Below are positions 1 through 9,260 of a stretch of 50,592 nucleotides of DNA, in pieces (within the stretch, counting starts at the first letter, position 1; each line of letters starts with the position of its first letter). Position numbers and translations under genes: made by a program. Source of the stretch: Bacilli bacterium (GTDB lineage Bacteria > Bacillota_I > Bacilli_A > RF39 > UBA660); assembly GCA_017480975.1 (NCBI GenBank), contig JAFURK010000011.1, positions 1 to 50,592 of the forward strand, in the 5' to 3' direction. The notes under the pieces were generated by a model that ran no database searches, was not told the DNA's origin, and saw only the letters and a list, made by a program, of their open reading frames with translations.

Positions 1-582
1 AACAAACGGATGACTATCTTCACCTAAAATATTATCTAACTTAGTAGTCTCTTCCTCAACTAAAAAACCAATGCCACTAGGTAAATATTTAGCAATTCCC
101 ACATTCGAAGCGTGCACTCTATGACTTGTACCATAAGCATCATTAATAAATATCTCACCTAAACTAGCCCAATAGCGAGCTAACTCATCATTACAACCAC
201 TTTCTTTTTTACCATCCAAATCCTCATATCTAGTATTCTGTACTAATAAAACATCTCCAGACTTCAAACTATCAACCATAGCCTCTAACTCTTCTCCAGT
301 TGTTTTATTAGAAAAAAATACTTCTTTTTCTAATAACTCTCCTAATCTTACACTTACTGGATAAAGATTATTCTTCTCTAAATCACTTTCAACTTTCACT
401 TTACCTAAATGTGACAGCAAAATTACTTTTGCCCCATTATCAACAGCATACTTAATTGTCTTTATACTAGCTACAATCCTCGTATCATCTTGAATAATAC
501 CATCCTTCATCGGTACATTTAAATCACATCTTATTATTACTTTCTTACCATCTATTTCATAATCTCTTATTGTCTTCTTCAT
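1..582 (-). CDS. pgk: phosphoglycerate kinase, N-terminal ~194 codons (3' end runs off the window)
   Basis: Own translation from ATG at 582..580: MKKTIRDYEIDGKKVIIRCDLNVPMKDGIIQDDTRIVASIKTIKY..LLSHLGKVK..NDAYGTSHRVHASN, typical PGK N-domain. SD AAAGGAG lies just upstream. Absent from the ORF track because it is open at the window edge. Confidence 0.9.
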   Translation of the reverse strand, partial: MKKTIRDYEIDGKKVIIRCDLNVPMKDGIIQDDTRIVASIKTIKYAVDNGAKVILLSHLGKVKVESDLEKNNLYPVSVRLGELLEKEVFFSNKTTGEELEAMVDSLKSGDVLLVQNTRYEDLDGKKESGCNDELARYWASLGEIFINDAYGTSHRVHASNVGIAKYLPSGIGFLVEEETTKLDNILGEDSHPFV

Positions 583-685
583 AAATAACAAATCTCCTTT
601 ATCAACAAATTAATTATACCAAATATTAGAAAAATAGTAAATGAAAAAACTACATAAGCACTTTAAACAAAAAGAAAAAATATCC

Positions 686-714
686 TTGTCAAATAATGTC
701 GCAAATGATATAAT
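686..714 (+). promoter_or_regulatory. sigma-A type promoter for the 748..3147 operon
   Basis: TTGTCA (686-691), 17 nt spacer, TATAAT (709-714), about 35 nt upstream of the ATG at 748. Confidence 0.4.
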
Positions 715-747
715 TAACTAGAGTAAAAAAATAGAAAGTGATGTTGT

Positions 748-2106
748 ATGAAAAAGAATGTAAAAAAGAGTGTTAAAAAGAAAAGAAAATTAAATTATCA
801 AAAACTATTTTGTTTTGCTAGTTTTATCTTTATACTAGTATGTATTTTGTGGTATGGTGGAAGACTTATTTACTTCTACCAAGATAGCAAAAAAACAATT
901 ACCGAAGAAGCAACTACCCTAGCTCGAACAATAAAAACGGCTAATAATACATCAGAAAATTTCAAACAAGTAAATAAAGACTATTATTTCACCGGTGATG
1001 TTACTACCAACTATGTAAGTTATTCCAACCTTTTATGGAGAATAGTAAAAATTAATGAAGATAACAGTATTCTTCTAATAACTGATAATGCAATTGGCAA
1101 TCTAGCCTACGGCAATAACGAAAATACTTATAAAGAATCTAATCTAATTAATTGGCTAAACTATTCTGAAGATAATGCCAATAGTGGCATATTTGAAAAT
1201 ATGCTAAATCAAAAAGAAAAATACTTAACTCTTACTTCTACTTGTAATGATACTATTGATGATATTGAAAATATTACTTGTGAAAATAAAGAAAATAGTT
1301 ATTATTTAGGACTATTATCTATTGAAGACTATCTTCATACTGGTGGTAATAATGGTTTTATCAATAATGAACGATATAATTACTTAGCCAATAAAAACGA
1401 AAATAATGATATATGGTATATAACTGATGAAGGAAAATTAGACACCACTACTGGAGAAGATATTCTAGGAATTAAAGCTACCATCACCTTATCTTCCAAG
1501 CTAAATATAACCGGAGGTACTGGAACTGAAACTGACCCTTACAAATTTGAAGAAACTAATGGTTTAATTGGTAGCTATGTAAAATTAGATAACGATACTT
1601 GGCGCATCTACGAAGAAAATAATAATATTATAAAATTAGTCTTACAAGATACTATAACTGAAAACAATGAAAAATTAAAATATAACTATTCAAAAAATAC
1701 TTATTATCATAATGATACTATATATGGTAGTTTAGCCTACTATTTAAACAATACCTATTATAATAATCTAAGCTATAAAGACTTAATCATCGAAAATACT
1801 TATACAAATGGTTATTATGGTAGTGATAACGATTACCAATATCAAGAAATTGCTACTAACACAATCGAAACCAAAGTATCTATCCCAAGCCTTGACAATA
1901 TTATTCTAAATGATACTCTAGACGGATACTTCACTAATACTGGCCTATCAAAAAATTCTTCTTTAATATATATCCAAAAAGAAAAAGGTATTGTATCAAC
2001 CGAAAATGTAACTACTGAAAATTATATAGTCCCTTGCATTAGTATTAATAAAGAAAATTTAACAGTAGGAACTGGTGACTATACAGATCCTTATAGAACG
2101 GAGTAA
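748..2106 (+). CDS. N-terminally membrane-anchored, Asn-rich extracytoplasmic protein with two internal repeats; function unknown
   Basis: Lys-rich N-terminus followed by one hydrophobic helix (FCFASFIFILVCILWYGG). Two ~190-aa modules each open with a WRI motif (LLWRIVKINEDNS / DTWRIYEENNN) and end in GTG.xTDPY(K/R).E. Confidence 0.6.
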   Translation: MKKNVKKSVKKKRKLNYQKLFCFASFIFILVCILWYGGRLIYFYQDSKKTITEEATTLARTIKTANNTSENFKQVNKDYYFTGDVTTNYVSYSNLLWRIVKINEDNSILLITDNAIGNLAYGNNENTYKESNLINWLNYSEDNANSGIFENMLNQKEKYLTLTSTCNDTIDDIENITCENKENSYYLGLLSIEDYLHTGGNNGFINNERYNYLANKNENNDIWYITDEGKLDTTTGEDILGIKATITLSSKLNITGGTGTETDPYKFEETNGLIGSYVKLDNDTWRIYEENNNIIKLVLQDTITENNEKLKYNYSKNTYYHNDTIYGSLAYYLNNTYYNNLSYKDLIIENTYTNGYYGSDNDYQYQEIATNTIETKVSIPSLDNIILNDTLDGYFTNTGLSKNSSLIYIQKEKGIVSTENVTTENYIVPCISINKENLTVGTGDYTDPYRTE

Positions 2107-2109
2107 ACC

Positions 2110-3147
2110 ATGAAAAAAAATAAAAAGAAGAAAAAATTAATGAAAAAAACAATACTTTTTATCGTCTTAGATATTTGTGCAATTATTTGTTTCTTCATCA
2201 TGTATGGTCCATGGAACTACGTAAGAAATTTATACGTTACGACTGCTATGAACACCATGGACCACCAATGGTTAGCAAAAATATTTTATAGTGAGGAAAA
2301 AATCGAAAAAATTATGAACGGTAATTACTTTGTAACTATTACCGAAAGTGCTAATACCGATGATATTGTAATTAATACTAAAGAAAAAACAAGTTACAAA
2401 AACAAATATGAAAAAGAATTATTAACAAGAGAGCCTGGTAATGATTTATATAAAGTAATTGATTTAAAAGTTGGCAATGCCGATGCTCACCTAGTCGCTA
2501 TCTATGACCCAACAAAAGTAGAATTAATACACACTAAAAAATTTAATGTGGGAACATACGGCGAAAGAGTTATGACTATGTGTGAAAGATATGGCGGTAT
2601 CGTCTGTATCAATGGAGGCGGTTTTGTTGATAATGGGATGGGTTCTGACATCCCAGTTGGCTATGTAATCAAAGATCATGAAATCATTTGGACTCCTGAA
2701 GGTGAAAGTGAAACTACTTACCGCGATAATATTATTGGTATGACCGATGATGGAAAATTAAAATTGATGGCAAACTCAACTGGTGAAGAAGCTATTAACG
2801 CTGGTGTTAAAGATGGTATGGTTTTTGGACCTTTCCTAATTGTCAATGGCAAATCTATAGAAATAGTTGGTGACCCTTGGGGCAAATCACCACGAATGGC
2901 TATCGCTCAAAGAAAAGATGGCGTCATGATGTTCTTAGCCATCGACGGAAAAAATTATATTGATGGAGCTAGTCTGCAAGACGTTGTTGATATCCTAAAA
3001 TTATATGGTGCTTATAATGCCGCTAACCTCGATGGAGGCCAATCTTCTACCTTAGTAGTTGAAGGCGAACTAGAAAATAGTCCTCCTGCTGAGGCCAAAA
3101 AAACTAATGGAAGATATGTTGTTACCGGCTGGGGCTTAATTCCTTAA
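2110..3147 (+). CDS. phosphodiester glycosidase family protein (NAGPA / DUF2233-like), membrane anchored
   Basis: N-terminal TM helix. Motifs CINGGGF, FGPFLIVNG, SPRMAIAQRKDG and AANLDGGQSSTL are typical of the family. SD GGAG 7 nt upstream; 3-nt gap to the previous ORF. Confidence 0.75.
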   Translation: MKKNKKKKKLMKKTILFIVLDICAIICFFIMYGPWNYVRNLYVTTAMNTMDHQWLAKIFYSEEKIEKIMNGNYFVTITESANTDDIVINTKEKTSYKNKYEKELLTREPGNDLYKVIDLKVGNADAHLVAIYDPTKVELIHTKKFNVGTYGERVMTMCERYGGIVCINGGGFVDNGMGSDIPVGYVIKDHEIIWTPEGESETTYRDNIIGMTDDGKLKLMANSTGEEAINAGVKDGMVFGPFLIVNGKSIEIVGDPWGKSPRMAIAQRKDGVMMFLAIDGKNYIDGASLQDVVDILKLYGAYNAANLDGGQSSTLVVEGELENSPPAEAKKTNGRYVVTGWGLIP

Positions 3148-3151
3148 AACT

Positions 3152-3188
3152 AAAGAAGTTTCACAATTTAGAAACTTCTTTTTCTTTA
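3152..3188 (+). terminator. rho-independent terminator of the 748..3147 operon
   Basis: AAAGAAGTTTC (3152-3162), 8-nt loop, GAAACTTCTTT (3171-3181), then a T-run. Confidence 0.6.
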
Positions 3189-3252
3189 TCTTACATTCCT
3201 TTTAGTATTAATCATCTTTATACTAACCAAAAATAAAATTAAGTATTTTAAT

Positions 3253-3292
3253 CAAAAAAAGAAGGAACCCATATATACAAGTACCTTCTTTT
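3253..3292 (-). terminator. terminator of the Cna-B adhesin gene
   Basis: On the minus strand AAAGAAGG .. CCTTCTTT followed by TTTTTGA, immediately after the stop at 3299. Confidence 0.5.
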
Positions 3293-3385
3293 TACTTTCT
3301 AAACAAATTTTCTTATTATCAAGAATAATCCTACTATAAAGCTTCCCAAAATATTAAACAATAAATTACTATTAACATCATTTAC

Positions 3386-3400
3386 TCCAGTTTGAGGCGG
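3386..3400 (-). other. cell-wall sorting motif PPQTG, with hydrophobic helix and RK tail downstream
   Basis: C-terminus reads VLPPQTGVNDVNSNLLFNILGSFIVGLFLIIRKFV, which is of the (S/P)PxTG type. Confidence 0.8.
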
Positions 3401-3419
3401 TAATACTTCTACTTCAACA

Positions 3420-5345
3420 TCTCCACCTTTACCATTTTCTAAAGTATTAGTAATATTAAAACCATCATAAGTAGTTGTATAACCTGCTACTTTTTTTTCT
3501 ACAATTGTATAAGTAATTTTTTTTCCATTCCTATACTTATCTAATCCTGTAATTTCATATTTCCAATCTTGTTGATTAGTAACAACAATTGTCTTTAAAT
3601 ATTCTCCATCTGCATATAAATCTACATCTATATTATCTGGTCTTGTTTCCTCTTCATTATTGTAATCATTCCAAGTTTTATTTATTTCAATAATAGTTTG
3701 TTCTGGTATATGAGTATTAATAATCGTTGCTGAAATAATATTATTTTCATCAATATCATCATAATTTATTTCAACCTCATACCCAATTACTACATCTTCT
3801 TCAATTGTATAAACAATTTCTTTACCATTTTCATAACGATCTAAATCTTTAAATTCATAAGTCCAATTATCTTCTTCCGTTATTTTAACTTCCTTAAATA
3901 ATTCACCATTCTTATATAATTTAACCTTAATTTCTTCTTGTCTTATACCATCTTGATTATCATTATCAATCCATACTTTAGTTGCTTTAAATGTTATCTT
4001 TTCTGGCTCATGAGTATTAGTAATGTCATAACCATCTATTGCTGTCTTGTATCCTTCTACTGTTTCTTCTGTTAATGTATATTCTATTATTGCCCCATTT
4101 TCATACATATCTAAATTATCAAATAAATAACTCCAATTAGTCTCTTCAGTAACTTTAATAGACTTATATTCTTGACCATTCTTTAACAAATTAATAATAA
4201 TATATTCTGGTCTAATTCCATCTTGATTATTATTATCTTCCCATATTTTAGTACCATCTATATTTATTTTTTCTATTAAATGAGTATTAATAATATTATA
4301 ACCATCTACAACTGTTGAATAATTTTCCACTGCATCTTCGCCAATTGTATAACTTACCAATTTTCCATCTTTATACTTATCTAAATCAGTAAAACTATAA
4401 GCCCAGCTATCATTTTCTGTCACCACTCTAGAATCAAATTCTTCTCCATCAGCATACAATCTTACTGTAATTGATTCTGGTCTCATTCCATCTTGATTAT
4501 CATTATCTTCCCATGTTTTAGTACCATCTATATTTATTTTTTCGACTAAATGAGTATTAATAATAACATACGGATTATCTTCACTGTACGTAGTAGTATA
4601 TCCATCAACAGCATCTTCTACTACTGTATATTCAATTAATTCACCATTATTATATTTATCTAAATTTGTAAAAGCATAAGCCCAATCAGCATTTTCTCCT
4701 TCAGTTATAACAGCTGAACTAACCTCTTGATTATCTGCTAATAACCTTATTACAATACTTTCAGGCCTAATTCCATCTTGATTATTATTATCATTCCATA
4801 TTTTTTTACCAACAACCGTTGTAGTTTCTGGAATATATGTATTAGTAATGTTATAACCATTTATTTCAACTTCATATCCCTCTATTGCATCCTCAGTTAC
4901 CGTATAAGTAATTTTTTTCCATTTTCATACATAGCTAAATTTTCAAATTTGTATGACCAATCATTTTCTTTAGTTACTTCAATAGATTTAAATTGTACAC
5001 CATTTTTTAATAGATTTACAGTAATACTATCTGGTCTAATTCCATCTTGATTATTACTATCATTCCATGTCTTTACACCACTTACAATTGTTTCTTCAGT
5101 TTCATGAACATTAGTAATATTATAACCATTAATTATAGTTGAATAACCTTCTACTTCATCTTCAATTATTGTATATTCTATTTCTTTTCCATTCTCATAC
5201 TTATCTAAATCATTAAAGCTATACTTCCAACCATTAGTATCATTAACTTTAACTTCCTTAAATTCTACACCATTCTTTAATAACTTAACCGTAATTTCAG
5301 TTGGTCTAATTCCATCTTGGTTATCTTTATCATCCCATGTCTTAG
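3420..5345 (-). repeat. seven tandem Cna-B type coding repeats (~270-290 nt each)
   Basis: Recurring (T/I)W.D..NQDGIRP..I.V.L..NG......V.....W.Y.F..LDKY.NG..I.YT..E..V.GY motif, seven times. Confidence 0.85.
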
Positions 5346-6218
5346 TTCCACTTACATCAACAGTTTCTGCTCTATTATTAAAAGTAACCTCAATCGTTTT
5401 ATTCTTTTCAACCGTAATTTCAATTTCATTACTACCTACTAACTCATAACCTTCAGGAATATTAATTTCTGAAATTATGTACTTTTCTCCAGGTTGTAAT
5501 CCCCCTAATGTAATAAATCCTGTTTTACTACTTGTTGTAATTTGAACATCTTTGTTAAAATTAACACTACTATTAACAGCACTAACATTAAATGTAAAAG
5601 TAGCGTCATCAGCATTTTCAACATTTTTAATAATTTTTACTGAAGACGAAAAGAACTCTTCTAACTTCGTCCCAGTAATCTCTACATCAATTACCTTATT
5701 ACTACTATTACCTGGACAAACATTATTAGATGAACTATAAGAATAATCTTCTGTGTACACTAAATCTTGACTAACTCCATTAATAGTTACTGATAAAGTA
5801 AACTTAACCACATAAACTACTTCTTTCTTATCTTTAGCGCTACTATCATAATATCTATCAAAAGTACCACTAATACGATACTCTTTATCGGTAGAACCAG
5901 ATTGATTTTGCCAATTACCCTTAACTGGTATTTCTGTTAAAGTACCATCCTTATTTTTCTTATAAATATTAATCTTTGACAAATTAGCTTTATCATTATA
6001 AAAATTAATATCTACCTTTACCGGCTTACCATCTACATAATAAGTAAAAGAAGCCTCTGACTCAATATCAATATGATCAAAAGTTGTTTTAGAATAATAA
6101 CTATATCCATCATTAGCATCTTTAGCGTTTGCTATTACTGTTTTCGCGCTAGAACCCATACTTAAAATGCCTAACACAACTAAACTAACCAACGCTAGTA
6201 AAAAATAAACTATCTTTT

Positions 6219-6974
6219 TCATTCCTTAACCCTCCTCGAAACAATTAACAAATACTTATTTTGATAATTCTGATAATCTGGATGTTTACTACACGTCTGC
6301 ATTATTAAAATTTCATCATCACTCGCCAATTCCACATCAATTGGATAAAGCGATTTACTTTGCAAACGCAAAAGATGCAAGTACCAATCAGCTTCATTAT
6401 CAAAATTCATATTCATATAAGTAAAATCATTTGTTTCTACATACACTGAGAAAATTTCATATCTTTTTCTATTAGTTTTAGTCTCTATTGTTATATACTT
6501 ATGTTCCTTATAATAATCACTACTATAATAATTCTCTAATTCATTAAAAGGTACATCCTTCTTAATTGAACTATGACCATAGATTAATATTTTCTTACTA
6601 CTATCTAAATTAACCCTATAATCAGCATAAATTGCACCATACTTATCATATTCCTTACTATAGTTATGATTTAAATAATAATCATTATCAATCGATTGAG
6701 CAATTGGATAATCAAAATCACTAATACCATCAATTGTAATATTCCCCTTAATATCATTATTATTATAATAGTTCTGCCACTCCAAAACCTTATTACTTGA
6801 TAAATCCACTTCCAAACTAACTTTACTACTACTATCAGTCAAAGCCACCTTAGTCTCATCATCACCTAACATAAAAACCAAATAGCCACTAGCCACAATA
6901 ACAATAAAAATTAATCCTAAAAATATCAACTTCGGTTTTATCTGCAGCGACCGCTTTCTTCTAAACCATTTCAT
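6219..6974 (-). CDS. srtB: class B sortase
   Basis: N-terminal TM anchor; NNDIKGNITIDGISDFDYPIAQSIDNDYYLNHNY, YGAIYADYR, LIYGHS, ILIMQTCS (catalytic Cys). The stop overlaps the adhesin start by 4 nt. Confidence 0.85.
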   Translation of the reverse strand: MKWFRRKRSLQIKPKLIFLGLIFIVIVASGYLVFMLGDDETKVALTDSSSKVSLEVDLSSNKVLEWQNYYNNNDIKGNITIDGISDFDYPIAQSIDNDYYLNHNYSKEYDKYGAIYADYRVNLDSSKKILIYGHSSIKKDVPFNELENYYSSDYYKEHKYITIETKTNRKRYEIFSVYVETNDFTYMNMNFDNEADWYLHLLRLQSKSLYPIDVELASDDEILIMQTCSKHPDYQNYQNKYLLIVSRRVKE

Positions 6975-7041
6975 TCAAACCAATCCCTTACCCTCTACTA
7001 AAACTAACTCTAAGACATAAGCTTTCCTTAGTTGGCTCTAT

Positions 7042-7070
7042 ATAATAGTTACTTTCTAGTAAAATGTCAA
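7042..7070 (-). promoter_or_regulatory. sigma-A type promoter for srtB and the adhesin gene
   Basis: Minus strand: TTGACA (7070-7065), 17 nt, TATTAT (7047-7042). The spacer contains the small palindrome TTACT-AGAA-AGTAA. Confidence 0.4.
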
Positions 7071-7167
7071 GTATTTTTTTTAAATTTATCCATTTTTTAC
7101 CCCAAAAATACTTAACTATCTGATAACCTTAATTTAAATACCTAACCAATAAATAAGTATTTTTCTC

Positions 7168-7197
7168 AAAAAAAGAAACCTTCATAACTATGAAAGT
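7168..7197 (-). terminator. terminator after the DUF421 gene
   Basis: Minus strand: ACTTTCAT-AGTT-ATGAAGGT followed by TTTCTTTTTTT. Confidence 0.5.
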
Positions 7198-7207
7198 CCC
7201 TATATTA

Positions 7208-7918
7208 TCATTCCAATACCTTAGTATCAATATCAATATTTTTATCAAAAACAACTACTTTACCACTATTATCTAAAGTAAGTAAAAGAATATTACTATA
7301 ATCTTTATATCCCCTTTTACTTAACTCCTTATCTAACCATCCCTTATCTTTCTTCATATTTTCTAAATTATTCTCTAGTAACATTCCATCAATAATAATA
7401 TTTGCACACAATCCCCCATCTTGAGCCTTAATTTTCATATCTTTTCTTGTTACCATTTCCTCATCAGCTTTAGCTAAAAAACTTATATTACCATTAGTTT
7501 CTAACACTGCATAATTAACCTTACTCAAATCAAAATAGCCATTTTGTCTAGCTTCTTCCTGTAAATCATTAATATCTATTCCTTCCTTTTTTAGATTATT
7601 AGAAAGGATTTTACCTTTATCAATTAATACTGTTGGAACCCCTGAAAATATTCTTCGAAATGAAATACTTTTCAAAGTCAAATAAGTAACTAACACCCCT
7701 GATAACCCAAAAATAACTAAAGAAACTACTCCTGCCATTAAATCTTTATCAATATCCAATGCTATATCCGCAGCAATACTGCCAATTGTAATCCCTACTA
7801 AATAATCATAAATATTCATTTGACTAACTTGTTTTTTACCCATAAATTTAGTCAAAATAAATAAAATGACAAGTACTAATATTGTTCTAAAAATAACTAA
7901 TAATAATTCATTATCCAT
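7208..7918 (-). CDS. DUF421 (YetF-like) membrane protein
   Basis: Collinear with my recollection of B. subtilis YetF: KFMGKKQVSQMNIYDYLVGITIGSIAA, VLIDKGKI, INDLQEEARQNGYF, YAVLETNGNISFL, IIIDGMLLENNL. Confidence 0.75.
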   Translation of the reverse strand: MDNELLLVIFRTILVLVILFILTKFMGKKQVSQMNIYDYLVGITIGSIAADIALDIDKDLMAGVVSLVIFGLSGVLVTYLTLKSISFRRIFSGVPTVLIDKGKILSNNLKKEGIDINDLQEEARQNGYFDLSKVNYAVLETNGNISFLAKADEEMVTRKDMKIKAQDGGLCANIIIDGMLLENNLENMKKDKGWLDKELSKRGYKDYSNILLLTLDNSGKVVVFDKNIDIDTKVLE

Positions 7919-7965
7919 ATTTTATCACCATTACTAATATTTGTCATTTTTAATAATTTATACCT

Positions 7966-8331
7966 CTAAACTAAATTTCTAACTATCCCAAAAATAATTA
8001 CAATAACTAATAGAAGATTCCAAACTATATTTGGTACTTTTATTAGTTCCTTCTCCTTAACATAACCAATTATTCTAATTATCTCATAAATAACAAAAGG
8101 AGCTAATAATACCGTTACTAATTGATTATAATAAAAGGCTTGTTTAATATTTCCTTCTAGTAATGAAAATAAACATCTAGTAATCCCGCATCCTGGACAA
8201 TACCAATTAGTAACCTTATAGAAAAGACAAGGAATTGAAAATGAATAATACTTATTTAAAAAATAATATCCTAATAAACAAGATAATAAAATGCTTATTA
8301 CAGATATTACTTTTATAATTCTTTTCCTCAT
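7966..8331 (-). CDS. DUF2752-like membrane protein
   Basis: CPGCGITR motif after the first TM helix, four hydrophobic segments. Its start overlaps the upstream stop by 1 nt (TAATG). Confidence 0.65.
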   Translation of the reverse strand: MRKRIIKVISVISILLSCLLGYYFLNKYYSFSIPCLFYKVTNWYCPGCGITRCLFSLLEGNIKQAFYYNQLVTVLLAPFVIYEIIRIIGYVKEKELIKVPNIVWNLLLVIVIIFGIVRNLV

Positions 8332-8801
8332 TAATTAGCCAATCTATTCAAATCATTTTGAATTAAACAATAATTAACAATTCCTAATCCAAATAATGAT
8401 AATACCAAATATAAAATTGAATTATCCGCTATTTCTATCCCATTTCTACTTCCAGCCTCATGCATTTGTTTTCCCATTTTATAACTCCAAAAATACATAT
8501 AGATTCCACAAGTTAATAATGAAAACACAAATGCCATCGTTCCAGATGTCCCATTTTCATTTGATACTTTATTGACATCATCAGTCATCACAACAAACCA
8601 ATAAATACTATATATACCACAAGTTACAATTGACAAAATTACTGATATTGCAATTTCTCTTCTTAACACTTGATTGCTTTCATTATAAGTACTTTGATTG
8701 ACACTTCCAATATTTTCAATCTTAGTACCACATTTCGAACAAAACTTTACACCTTCATTTAATTCTGTTCCACAATTTCGACAATACTTAGCCATATTCA
8801 C
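8331..8801 (-). CDS. zinc-ribbon plus DUF4234-like membrane protein
   Basis: N-terminal CRNCG..x..CSKCG zinc ribbon, then TM helices carrying CGIYSIYWF / CGIYMYFW motifs. Confidence 0.6.
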   Translation of the reverse strand: MNMAKYCRNCGTELNEGVKFCSKCGTKIENIGSVNQSTYNESNQVLRREIAISVILSIVTCGIYSIYWFVVMTDDVNKVSNENGTSGTMAFVFSLLTCGIYMYFWSYKMGKQMHEAGSRNGIEIADNSILYLVLSLFGLGIVNYCLIQNDLNRLAN

Positions 8802-8899
8802 TCCTCCTTAATTTATATAGTAAAATAAAAGAGAAAATTATATTTTAAGATATTATTTCCCCTTTTACTTTATATTCTTTTACTGTAAAGTACAATTAA

Positions 8900-9166
8900 T
8901 TAAAATATTTCAAATAACTCAATTGACAATCTTGAATTTACTACATTTTTATTTACACTTTTCTTTACTTTATCTTTTTTACATCCATTTACATCAACAT
9001 CAGCACCGCAATTAAGGCAATATCTAATTCCCTCAATCACTTTACTACCACAATGTAAACATTCTTTTCCTTTTTTTTCAGTTACAACTTCAACTTCATT
9101 GCCACAATTAAGACAATATTTTACCCCTTCAATCATTTTATTTCCACATCTTGAACAACTCTTCAT
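8900..9166 (-). CDS. small double zinc-ribbon protein
   Basis: Two tandem CxxC-x9/10-CxxC units (CSRCG..CLNCG and CLHCG..CLNCG) with repeated IEG(V/I)(K/R)YCLNCG. Confidence 0.55.
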   Translation of the reverse strand: MKSCSRCGNKMIEGVKYCLNCGNEVEVVTEKKGKECLHCGSKVIEGIRYCLNCGADVDVNGCKKDKVKKSVNKNVVNSRLSIELFEIF

Positions 9167-9260
9167 AATCTTTTTTCTCCTCTATTCTCTTTTATTAATT
9201 ATATTATAATTATCATCATAAATCAATAGGTTATTCTCAAATTAATTTATAATTAACTTT

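Larger units (their letters stand above)
3299..6222 (-). pseudogene. sortase-anchored Cna-B repeat surface protein (~974 aa if repaired), interrupted by a -1 frameshift in an A7 tract
   Basis: ORFs 4897..6222 (signal peptide, N-terminal domain, SpaA/prealbumin-like domain, repeats 1-2) and 3299..4486 are one gene. Translating 4909 down to 4486 in the frame of the 3' ORF gives uninterrupted Cna-B repeats with no stops (ITYTVTEDAIEGYEVEINGYNITNTYIPE..IWNDNNNQDGIRPESIVIRLL..TWEDNDNQDGMRPES). The break is GGAAAAAAATTACTTATAC (T7 at 4912-4918 on the plus strand). Confidence 0.85.

Noticed and set aside
3420-5345. Regular ~280-nt periodicity that could be mistaken for a repeat array or CRISPR
   Set aside because: The repeats are long, in frame and encode Cna-B domains. 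There are no short direct repeats with unique spacers anywhere in the window.
4778-5740. Plus-strand ORFs 4778..5050 and 5552..5740 inside the adhesin gene
   Set aside because: These are antisense shadows of a repeat-rich coding region. The products are low-complexity Ile/Phe/Leu/Ser-rich, there is no SD, and the opposite strand has clear Cna-B homology.
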